This document shows positions 53,701 to 64,000 of a stretch of 64,000 nucleotides of DNA, piece by piece. The stretch comes from Enoplolaimus lenunculus (Eukaryota): assembly GCA_030248215.1 (NCBI GenBank), contig JASANG010000273.1, positions 1 through 64,000 on the forward strand, read 5' to 3'. The number at the start of each line of letters is the position of its first letter. The first letter of the stretch is position 1. The translations under genes and the position numbers were made by a program. The notes beneath the pieces are model-generated. The model made no database searches. It was not told the origin of the DNA and saw only the letters and a list, made by a program, of their open reading frames with translations.

Positions 53701-56519
53701 TTCCATTAACCTTTCCCACATGATGTTTTCTATTTTGACCCACTTGTTTTTCATGCCAAGCATTTGCGTTATACTATAGCCACGACAGTATTACCTTTTG
53801 AGATTACATGTTAATTGCAAACACAAAAGTTTAGCCTAAAATGAATCAGGTTTTTCCTTTTCAGGACCCTTAAGAATACGCCGAATTTACATGCGGACAA
53901 CCCGATTTACAACTATCATTTTCCAGGTCTTATTCATTAACATATTTTAGACCGGTTTAAGTAATACTCTAAACTAAACGTGACCGGCATTCAGTAATTG
54001 CGACGAATTAAGCGACCCTCGGGCGTTCCCAGGAATATTTCAAGACAAAAGTATTGTGAAACATTTATAAAAAATTTAATATTAGTTAAAAACGTTTTGA
54101 AATGCTATTTTATTAAAAACGTATATATTTAGGAATATGAAAAATGGTCCGAACCCACCAGTGGCGCCTCCATATCCGATCTACCAATACCCCTTTCCTG
54201 CTTTAAAGTAAGAAATTAATTGCCAATGAAGTGTTTTTAATATATGTTTTAAAAGATTTTTTGAGAATTTTCAAAACTATTTAAGTAAGATTTTGTAGTT
54301 TCATTGAACACATTGAACTTCCAAACCTTTTCGGAAAAATTCACTTAAACATATATTTTTAGGAATATGAAAAATGGTCCGAACCCACCAGTGCCGCCTC
54401 CATATCCGATCTACCAATACCACTTTCCTGCTTTAAAGTAAGAAATTAATTGCCAATGAAGTGTTTTTAATATATGTTTTAAAAGATTTTTTGAGAATTT
54501 TCAAAACTATTTAAGTAAGATTTTGTAGTTTCATTGAACACATTGAACTTCCAAACCTTTTCGGAAAAATTCACTTAAACATATATTTTTAGGAATATGA
54601 AAAATGGTCCGAACCCACCAGTGCCGCCTCCATATCCGATCTACCAATACCACTTTCCCGTTTTAAAGTAAGAAATTAATTGCCAACGAAGTGTTTTTAA
54701 TATTTGTTTTAAAAGATTTTTTGAGAATTTTCAAAACTATTTAAGTAAGATTTTGTAGTTTCATTGAACACATTGAACTTCCAAACCTTTTCGGAAAAAT
54801 TCACTTAAACATATATTTTTAGGAATATGAAAAATGGTCCGAACCCACCAGTGCCGCCTCCATATCCGCTCTACCAATACCACTTTCCTGCTTTAATGTA
54901 AGAAATTAATTGCCAACGAAGTGTTTTTAATATTTGTTTTAAAAGATGTTTTGAGAATTTTCAAAACTATTTAAGTAAGATTGTGTAGTTTCATTGAACA
55001 CATTGAACTTCCAAACCTTTTCGGAAAAATTCACTTAAACATATATTTTTAGGAATATGAAAAATGTTCCGAACCCACCAGTGCCGCCTCCATATCCGAT
55101 CTACCAATACCACTTTCCCGCTTTAAAGTAAGAAATTAATTGCCAACGAAGTGTTTTTAATATTTGTTTTAAAAGATTTTTTGAGAATTTTCATAACTAT
55201 TTAAGTAAGATTTTGTAGTTTCATTGAACACATTGAACTTCCAAACCTTTTCGGAAAAATTCACGTAAACAGATATTTTTAGGAATATGAAAAATGGTCC
55301 GAACCCACCAGTGCCGCCTCCATATCCGATCTACCAATACCACTTTCCCGCTTTAAAGTAAGAAATTAATTGCCAACGAAGTGTTTTTAATATTTGTTTT
55401 AAAAGATTTTTTGAGAATTTTCAAAACTATTTATGTAAGATTTTGTAGTTTCATTGAACACATTGAACTTCCAAACCTTTTCGGAAAAATTCACTTAAAA
55501 CATATATTTTTAGAAATATGAAAAATGGTCCAAACCCGCCGGTGCCGCCTCCATATCCGATCTACACATACCACTTTCCTGCTTTAAAGTAAGAAATTAA
55601 TTGCCAATGAAGTTATTGTAAAACGTGTTTTAAGTTTTTTGAGAATTTTCGAAATTATGTTCGCATGATTTTTCAAACTATAAAACATAATAATATAATT
55701 TTGAAAATTCTCAAAAAATATTTTAAAAGACATTTTAAAAAACCCTTTCTTGCTTTAAAGTACGAAATTAATTGCCAATCAAGTCTTTTTAAATATATTT
55801 TTAAAAGATTTTTGAAAATGTACAAAATTATGTATTATAAATTTTATAGCTTCAAAAATTATCAAATTATCCTCTTTCGAATACATTAAACGGATAATCG
55901 TTACCTTAAAATTTATTAAACAAACCAAAATGAAATTGAAACTTTATTGTTACAAGACTCAGTGACATAGTGAGAATGGAGTGATATCAGTGAGATATTC
56001 AAGCAGTGACTTGTTTCAGTTAAAGACACTCAGTCATTATTTTTTACAATTTGTTAATCTATATATTAAAGCTTGAACGCCGCTCATACGTGTTTTAGGC
56101 ACCGTTCCAGCACGCGTAATTTTTGTTTTAATAATATACAACAGACCTGCTAGTTCAAATTTAAGAACCAATATTTAAGTCTTTTGCCTGTTACTTGTCG
56201 GCGGCCAACAGTTGCAGTTTGTCAATACGCAACTGTCAACCAAATGCCCGAAAAAAATATTTGAAGCAAAATTTTTCCTAATTCCATTTCTTTGTTTTTT
56301 TAAATTTTAAAATCAAATTTTAGGGATTTAAAATCAGCTCAAACTGAAAATCAAGAATCAATGCCGCATTTAACTGATGAGCATGCGTGGGCTGTATGGA
56401 AACAGGGGATGATGCGAAATGTATATGATCAACACGTATCACATTATGATGCCGCGGTCTATTTGTACTGTGCGCTTCAACGTGCAACTGAGAAAAATTC
56501 AAAACTAATAAAACAATAA
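50754..56519 (+). CDS. Secreted uncharacterised His-rich protein with an internal array of Pro/Tyr/His mini-exons. Exons 50754-51328 (GC donor), 52250-52327, 52815-52883, 53482-53559, [53865-53940 anomalous], 54133-54207, 54363-54437, 54593-54667, 54823-54897, 55053-55127, 55283-55357, 55514-55588, 56324-56519
   Basis: Signal peptide MFHVTLLAILGISSQVLGA; AHTIHS / LSHM / LERVVHAAHMHE / CSC motifs. Ten phase 2-2 exons of 69-78 nt have TTT(C/T)AG or TGCAG acceptors and GTAAG donors. The terminal exon reads MPHLTDEHAWAVWKQGM...DAAVYLYCAL. Confidence 0.85.
54120..55660 (+). repeat. 230-bp tandem repeat, 7 copies; each unit is a 75-nt exon plus a 155-nt intron
   Basis: AGGAATATGAAAAATG at 54131, 54361, 54591, 54821, 55051, 55281 and (AGAAATATG) 55512. 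Confidence 0.95.
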
Positions 56520-56539
56520 AGGACACCGTATATATTTTC

Positions 56540-56760
56540 GTATCACGACAATTCGTCACCAGACAATTTGTCAACCGACAACTTTAAATTCGGAATTTCA
56601 TCGACTCGACAATTCGTCATCCATTGTTACGCTAGGCTTAGGATTAGACTTAGGAATATCCTTAAGATTATGTTTTGTTTAACCCTTTCTAAGGGGTGAA
56701 ATTTAGATTTTAGCACACTGTTGGGCGACAAGTTGCCGGACGACGAAATGTCGTAGATTG
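56540..56760. mobile_element. Second TTAGGC-associated repeat family with CGACAA(T/C)TCGTC ends; relatives at about 37205-37280, 40250-40400, 61450-61570
   Basis: ACGACAATTCGTCACCAGACAA ... GCGACAAGTTGCCGGACGACGAAATGTCGT inverted ends around TTAGG-like repeats. Confidence 0.55.
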
Positions 56761-57813
56761 ATATACTATGTCTGCATTGAATCTATTTTTTCAGTGAAGT
56801 CCCAGCTAAGCATAAGTCTATAAAGCTATGCTGAAATCTTAACCTAAACGTAAATTTAAAACCTACGTTTGAAACCCAAGTCTAAACCTATGCTTATGTT
56901 TAATTCTGAACTTAAGCCTAAACCTGCGGCTAATAGTAAGCTTAAGTTTAAGCCTAAGCCTGCGGGGTGTAAAGTGAATAAGACTCGTGTAATTTAACGA
57001 ACTTCACCATGTTTATGTTTTTGAATTTTGTAAAAAAAATGATTTCGTCTTGTAGTATTAATGTTTTTTGAAATTCCAACGGATTCGGATTACGTAGCTA
57101 TTCGTTAAAATATACATCAAACGCTTAGCACCATGTGAAATTAATGTTTTTGAGACATTAAATTTGTTCGTTCAATTTCACATTTGTTCGATACAATATT
57201 GGTAAATTATCGCTTAACGCAATAGCTTCTTCTTAATTTAGGTGCCAAAGGTTATTGTTAGGCAAAACTGCGCCAACAAACTTTAAAGTAGAAACTGCCC
57301 TAAGTTTCAGCTTAAGCCATAAGGCTTATTTACAGAATAAGTTTAGTGCTTGGTTCATGGGCTTTTGCGTTTGCGTGTACTGATAGGGTTATTGTTAGAC
57401 GTAGATTACCGCTTAAGCGTCTAAATTTTGTTCGGTAGCTGTTCTCTACATTGGCCAGCCGGACCAGGCTACGAAATTGGGAATATGGGTCCGCAGCAAG
57501 AAGCATGGTAAACCACTTGAAAAGATTTTGTCCATTCGTGAAAATGTTTCGATCCCGATTGTAAGCCATGTAATAACTACAGCGTGGTCTTCCAAAAATT
57601 GCCTTGCCCTCATTCCAAGTTGTGTTGTCTACTGGCTTGAATTAATACAGGTACCTCTGCCAAGAATATTTATATCGAAATCCAATTTAGTGAACAGAAC
57701 GCAATTACTACGATGCAGTTGTTACAGAGTAAACTAAACATAACGTTTCGTTGTTAAATAATAAGTTGTATCGCTCTATATTTCTTAAAAATAGTTTCAT
57801 ACTCTTGTCTAAA

Positions 57814-58262
57814 GCGTCATCATCCACTCTTGCTACAACCAAGAGTCGATGATCGCTCTTGCAAGAATGAAAAACTTAAACCGTCATCATCCACTCTTCC
57901 TGCAACCAAGAGTCGATGATCACTCTGCACGAATGAAAAACTTAAACCGTCATCATCCACTCTTCCTGGAACCACGAGTCGATGATCACTCTGCACGAAT
58001 GAAAAACTTAAACCGTCATCATCCACTCTTCCTGCAACCAAGAGTCGATGATCACTCTGCACGAATGAAAAACTTAAACCGTCATCATCCACTCTTCCTG
58101 CAACCAAGAGTCGATGATCACTCTGCACGAATGAAAAACTTAAACCGTCATCATCCACTCTTCCTGCAACCAAGAGTCGATGATCACTCTGCACGAATGA
58201 AAAACTTAAACCGTCATCATCCACTCTTCCTGCAACCAAGAGTCGATGATCACTCTTGCAAG
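57814..58262. repeat. 66-bp minisatellite (about 6.8 copies) at the 5' end of a family C element extending to about 58539
   Basis: Unit CGTCATCATCCACTCTTCCTGCAACCAAGAGTCGATGATCACTCTGCACGAATGAAAAACTTAAAC, containing an internal hairpin. Confidence 0.93.
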
Positions 58263-58717
58263 AATGTAAAACTTAGAGCAAAAATTGTGTGCTACAAAAT
58301 GTACCACCGAGCGTTGCGTTTTGGTGGACGACCTCTTATTTAGGCGAAGTTGATGTTTTGAAACGTTGAACTCGTATGATTAAAAGTATAAACGAAGTAC
58401 GCTTACAATCGGAATATTTCAACACGTGAAATTGAAAAAATCGGTAAACTTGACCCCTAATTTTTGGAGATGGGTGTCCAAAAACGCAACGCGCGCTGGG
58501 TTCATTCTTTTGCACACATGCTCAGTTGCACACTCTTGTACAGAAGACATCATCCTGTCTTACTACAATTAATAATTTTTGAAATGTACACGATTGGTGG
58601 TGCATTACACAAATCCACGAATCAAGATACAGTACGAAACAAATGATATACACAATCACAAAGGTATTCGAAAATTAGTCGGAAAGGTTCCAAAATATTT
58701 TAAATGAGCAGTAACTA

Positions 58718-59061
58718 CTCTCTAAATGCTTAAACTAACTTGATTTAAGCTTAAGCTAATCCAGCAGTATTAAACTAACTTTTAGATTAACTAAACTAAC
58801 AGGTAGGCTTACGCTTAAACTGATTTAAAATCTTACATATTTTCAGTTTAAGCTAAACTTAATGAACTCTTATATGCACGAATGCACTTGTTACTTTAAT
58901 CTAAAAATAAGTTTACTTAAACTCGTGTTAAGCTTAAAAACACATTAGTTTAAGTAAAACTTAAAATTCTAGTTTAGTTAATCCGTCCAGCCATTTAAGT
59001 TTTACTTAAACTGATATTCAAGTTTAGTTGAGCTATAATTTAAATTTAAGTTTTTAGAGAG
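58718..59061. mobile_element. AT-rich MITE with CTCTCTAAA...TTTAGAGAG termini and TA flanks
   Basis: TA|CTCTCTAAATGCTTAAA ... TTTAAGTTTTTAGAGAG|TA; interior rich in TAAACT/AGTTTA. Confidence 0.65.
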
Positions 59062-59943
59062 TATCAAATACTTGGTTATCCTTGTTCTTCTCTAGACATA
59101 TGCGCCAATTTATAGAACAAGGCTGTAATAGTAGTGTAAGCATATTCCTAAGCGTAAGCTTAAGCTTAAGCGAAACAGTAAGAATGAGCTTAAACCTTAG
59201 CCTGGTTTAAACCTAAGCCCAAACAAAAATCGCCTACAGCTTTAAGCATACTATTGCAGTCACACGGAAAAACGTTCCGCCCCTGATCTTTACGTGAGCT
59301 GGTATGTGCAATATTTGCATACTAAAATGGTTATAATCATGCTCTATTGCTGTCCCACAGAAAAACGTTACATTTGAAAAATTAATTATATCTTCAACAT
59401 ACTTCATGTAAGAGTCAAGATCATATAGAAAACTACACAGAGGCGTATTCAGAGGGGAAGACGGCTCAATACCATACCCCTCCCTCGAACACTGTGGCAA
59501 AGCCGTTAATTCAAATCCGAAAAGCAAGAAAGCTTATGAGCGAAGCAAGCGAGAAGCCAAACACAATTTTAGCATTTACCCAAATACAAAGTTTTGGTTT
59601 GGATATTACCATAGAACGGTTGGTCCATGTTATTTTAAGGGGCGTCCAGGTGTTTGGTGGTTCTATAAAAGAGCAGGTTTAGATTCTAGATTACATATTT
59701 TTGCCTAGGCTTAGGCTTAGGCGTAGGCTTAGGAACTGATTTTTGCAAAGCGTAGGCTTAGGCTTCGGCTTAGGAATACGCTTATTCTATTGTTTACGTC
59801 CCTTAAAGTAACATTAGCCGGACGGTTTATCTTAACTTGCGACGCCATTTGTTGCGCATCTGGGTAAGTGCACACTAAGCATCCGAAGCTCACAATGGGT
59901 TTTTAAACGCAAAAGTACACAAATATCGTGTGAATTGTGTTTT

Positions 59944-62900
59944 TTACAACGAAGCATAAATCATTAGTCCGACTGCGGCTAAAGTGATAGCGATTGCCGA
60001 ACACAGTTGAATCGATAAAATGAAAACTGAATATTTCAACAGTCCTGAAGAGCAATAATTCGGGTCGTCCGAGTAAAATTGTTGCGCGCTGGCGTACTTG
60101 CCGTAAATCCAAACAAGTCCTAAAACGAAAAATCGACAGGATCAAATGAAGTTTTGCCTAAGATATCAAGTAAAGTTCTCTCCTTCCAAGGAATCGAATA
60201 GTTTTTCCCTAAAGATTCAAATAGTTCACCTGAAGAGAATCAAGTAGTTCCAGGGGAATTAAGTACGTCCCCTAAAGAAATCAAGTAGATACATCCTATG
60301 GGAATCAAATAGTTCCGCCTATTTTTGATCAGGCATAAGATAAGGCATACGATTAGAAATATGCTTATACTTCTGATACGCCCTTTGGCCAAATGTCAGG
60401 CCTAAGTCTTGACCCGGGATGTACTGGAACTAAAAATCAACCCTGTTATTTTGTTGACACGCACCAGTCCATCACTGACCATTTTGAAAAATAACTATAT
60501 AGCTAACAACATAGCTAATATTTTGTTAATTTGTTGAGTGGCCCAAAATCAAACCAACCAGCGGGCATCAGTTCAACTGGACGCAAATGGCCCAAACACC
60601 ACTAAACCTGACAGTACCTGCAATCATCCAAACGACCAAAAATCCAATTAAAACAATCGTTGCGATTTTGACGACTTTTTGGCCTGTTGTTGAATCATCG
60701 TCAGCTTTTATTGGTTTTCGATAGCGCGCGGCGTATTTAGCTCGTTTACTGAATTGTTGATAGATAATTAAACTGAACAGAATCAACGTGAGCATACCGG
60801 ATACGATTAGATAATTTGGAATGTTTTGTTCCAGTGGACATTGACCTGCAAGCGCGATGCCTAAAAATAGAAAAAATTCATGGATATGTTTCGCTGGAAG
60901 CTAGGTAGCTTTAATGTCTAAAGATGGCCCGTGCAAGGATCAGGGGCGGAACGTGTTTTTGCGGGACTGCAATTGATTAACTTAAAGCTTTAGACTAATT
61001 TTTTGCTTAGGTTTAGGCTTAGGTATAAGGTCATTGTTCGGCTTCGGCTTAGGTAAAATTTAGGAATATGCTTGTATTACTGTTACGCTTCTGTTCTATA
61101 CTTTGGCTAAAAGTAAACATCGGGTTAAGCGTTTTTATAATTTTAGCTTTAGACTTAGCCTAGAATTCTAAACCTCCAACGAATGAAATTAAATTTTAAT
61201 TTTAATGTGGAAATTGGTTATCACTATGCATGTTTCAGTCAATGTAAAGAACAGGGGTGAAACAGTATTATAAGCTTATTCCTAAGCCTAAGCCTACGCG
61301 TAAGAATAAGTTTATTGCTAAGCTTAGCTTAAGCCTAGGCCAAGCAAAAAAATTAGTCAAAAACTTAAGCTTACTCTATTCTAGTCCCACAGAAAAACGT
61401 TTCGCGCCTGATCTTTACATGGGCACATGGGCCCATGTTTCGATAATGGTACCAGGACAATTCGTCACCAGACATGTCGTCGCCCGACAACTTGTAATCC
61501 GAAATTTCATCGAGTCGACAATTCGTCGCCCATCATTAAGCTAAAGACTTACGCTTAGGATTACGCCTTAGATTCACCGTTAATTAATATTCACAAAAGG
61601 CTTCTTTTCAATGCAAAACGTGCTCAGTTCATTGTTTTCTGCACAAAATCAGTCTGTCGACGTAAAATGTGCCACGTTTTTCTATTTCAATAGAATTTTT
61701 TGGTAAAAATAGTACTTTTCATTCTTACCCATAATAACCATTGTAAGCGGCAAGATCATGAGAAAGAACCATACAATGCACCAGAGAGCTGTAATAATAT
61801 TATTCCACGATTATAAAGAGTTGTTACATGGTCCCTTGTTCAGTAGTGCCAGTTTTCCTTGGATCTATGGACCCGAATTGCATAGCCACTCTATGTTTTT
61901 CGCCATAGTTGATTATGGTCCAATGGCTCGTGACAAAGATGGAAGTGGGTACAGGAAACCGTGGGCTTGCCTACTGTGGGTCAAGCCGCCCCATATAGAG
62001 CAAAAATGGAACAAAAATCAGAAGATCAATTTTTGTCATTTTTCAAATTCTTAGCTCAACTGAAAACTGAATCCTTTCTTAGCAGACTGAATATCACGTT
62101 GTGTGACCTGCCGCTTGCTAAATTCCGGGTGAAACAGTATTGAGTAAATAAAAATTGCGAGATAATTGCAAAACTGCAACCTTGTTGAATGGGTCCGGAG
62201 CCCGCGGTCAGTTTTTACACATCGTTGTATTAAACTTATCCTTTATTAAAATAAATCACTAAGTAAACCGCTATTTTTCTATGAGATTGTGGGCTTGCTT
62301 AGTGTACAATGTTTAAAACACAACTAGAAAACTGTGATATGCCAACTCATAAGTTCTGACCAAGCCAAACCTATATAGGACATTTGTTTCAACATTGCAG
62401 GTCACATAAAACGACCACCACAGATAGAAAAGATCCGCTACTGTCCCTGTGCATGGTCGTAGCCATGATTTTGGAAAGGGAGGTTATGTCCTATAAAAAT
62501 TTTGATACGTTGGAGATTCTTGTGTTTCCAACTGAACCCGTTTGTAATGCCTTGTACAGAAATCTCAAGAAGGGGTGGGGTGTGGTACCTACTTTATGGG
62601 ACTCGCTCACCTGTTGGATTGAGCAACAAAATTTTGTCCAAAACTCTGGACGTAAATTCAACTGGACCATCGCTAACTGATTTCAGTTCGGATAAAGCCG
62701 CCTTTGTGGAAATATCGCGGTTCATTGGAGGGCCTGAAACAAAATATGTAAATATATAAACAGATAGGTAGAATATTTTTGATTTAAGGCACCGCACTCC
62801 ATCTGCTATGACTGTCACCGATCAACTCAGCTCGCTTAGCAGGTTCGTAGTCAGCTCGCATTTGCTTAGTGGGCTAAAAAATTTTCAAGTGAAGCATACA

Positions 62901-63993
62901 ATGGTTTTCAATGGCTTACAAGCAAGGTTGAAAATTTTCTAAGGAAGAGGACAAAAAATTTTCCAAGGCAGACTGAACTCCCTTTGACCCCCCACCCTTT
63001 AGCTACAGGGCCAACGATGAGTCGCATTGAACAGTCTTAAAATGTTCACAATTCTTGACTAATAAATTTATTCATTGGCTAAGATTACCCTCAAAGCAAA
63101 CTTACCCATTTTTTCATCTTGACTGAACGGATTTCTGATATCTTGTTGATTTTCACGATCAAAAGGCTTGGAAGTAGTGTAGCCAGCTTGCTTCGGGAAC
63201 TCTTTATCCCATTTTCGAGGCCCAGTGTCTCCAGCAAATGGATCTGGTTCGTCTAGGGTCATTTCCATTGTCAAATCTTCGGCAATCGCTGCGCGTGGGG
63301 CACGGCCTCTTTGATGCCCGACGGGCCGCCCTAAAGGCCGACCCCCAGCACTCCTAGGGGTCGGTCCATCAAGACGTACCGACAGCGACTCACGGGCTAC
63401 TGAGTCAAAATCGCAAGAGCGGTCGCTGAGTTCCAGCTCAGCATACGCTCCAGTTGCCATATTCAACGGCGGAATGTCTAATTGAGACATTTCTCCGGGT
63501 GAATATGGTTGCTGGTTGCTGTGAGGGTCGCGGTAGCCCTGAAGTGTATTAAAATTTAAAACAATAACATAACTTTCCGTCCACCATGGAAATTTTGTAC
63601 GTTTACGAGATAAAACATTTAGCTGCGATCACACCAAGTAGCTTTCTATTAATAGTATTTGGAACAATAGAACATGCGTTTACAACCCCGGCCTATCCAC
63701 TTAATAAACTTATGACTGCAATATGTGCACGGTAAGTGTATGTAAAGTAAAAAATATTATCATACATGCGCACAAATACCAGTATAAAACCTTGTTGCAA
63801 TCGACCACATGGTGTAGTGGTAGCATGTTTGACTCAAGTGTAAGAAGGCTGAGGTTCGATTCCAGGCGCGGTTCTTAACTTTGGGCAAAACATTGAACGG
63901 GGGATGTGCAGGCCGTGCAGTTTCAGCACCATTGAATAAGATGCAATGGTTAATTTCTGGTCTTACCCTGCCATAGTTTCCATTCTGCATCAT
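59944..63993 (-). CDS. TMEM272-like four-TM membrane protein. Exons 63967-63993 (may extend further 5'), 63106-63538, 62611-62733, 61729-61788, 60618-60860, 59944-60119
   Basis: LPLTMVIMG|IALAGQCPLEQNIPNYLIVSG...FLVVWMIAG|LVWIY...NYCSSGLLKYS matches the TMEM272-type pattern (CP...IP.YLIV.G / W.IAG..W.Y / YC..L). All junctions are GT-AG and in phase. Confidence 0.75.
60926..61108 (-). mobile_element. Family A TTAGGC-MITE (other copies at about 23480-23663, 27643-27843, 32795-32945, 59101-59300, 59620-59820, 61240-61425)
   Basis: GGCCCGTGCAAGGATCAGGGGCGGAACG...GGAATATGCTTGTATTACTGTT...GTTCTATACTTTGG. Confidence 0.75.
63805..63872 (+). mobile_element. tRNA-like SINE head or tRNA pseudogene in an intron
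   Basis: TGGTGTAGTGG A box and GTTCGATTCC B box; no convincing cloverleaf. Confidence 0.5.
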
Positions 63994-64000
63994 ATCCGAC

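Noticed and set aside
57820..58343. Repetitive ORFs on both strands (MKNLNRHHPLFLQPRVDDHSAR)n as part of the upstream gene
   Set aside because: The upstream gene has a terminal exon and stop at 56519. The unit matches a dispersed hairpin element, and open frames are expected for a stop-free unit divisible by 3.
59700..59780. TTAGGC tracts as a true telomere or chromosome fusion site
   Set aside because: The tracts are short, degenerate and embedded in MITE arms.
63805..63872. Functional tRNA genes here and at 29266-29340
   Set aside because: A and B boxes are present but the anticodon and T stems do not pair properly; treated as SINE heads or pseudogenes.

Overview
AT-rich, intron-rich eukaryotic DNA, probably from a nematode. 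This is an inference from abundant TTAGGC-type repeats, TTTCAG/TTTTAG acceptors and a nematode-style tyrosinase. Six multi-exon genes were assembled by hand from splice sites and codon phase: (1) a partial DEG/ENaC channel (-); (2) a secreted tyrosinase with a very long N-terminal region (-); (3) a Mos-like kinase split by introns (-); (4) a secreted protein built from tandem 4-Cys modules, one per exon (-); (5) a divergently oriented secreted His-rich protein with 10-11 Pro/Tyr/His mini-exons inserted into its apparent core, seven of them forming a 230-bp exon+intron tandem array (+); (6) a TMEM272-like membrane protein (-). Non-coding DNA includes a 51/153-bp higher-order satellite that matches the end of a piggyBac-like MITE, a MITE family with 8-bp target-site duplications carrying telomere-like repeats, other MITEs, tRNA-like SINE heads and a Helitron-like element with a 66-bp minisatellite. 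All family assignments come from motif recognition; no database search was run.
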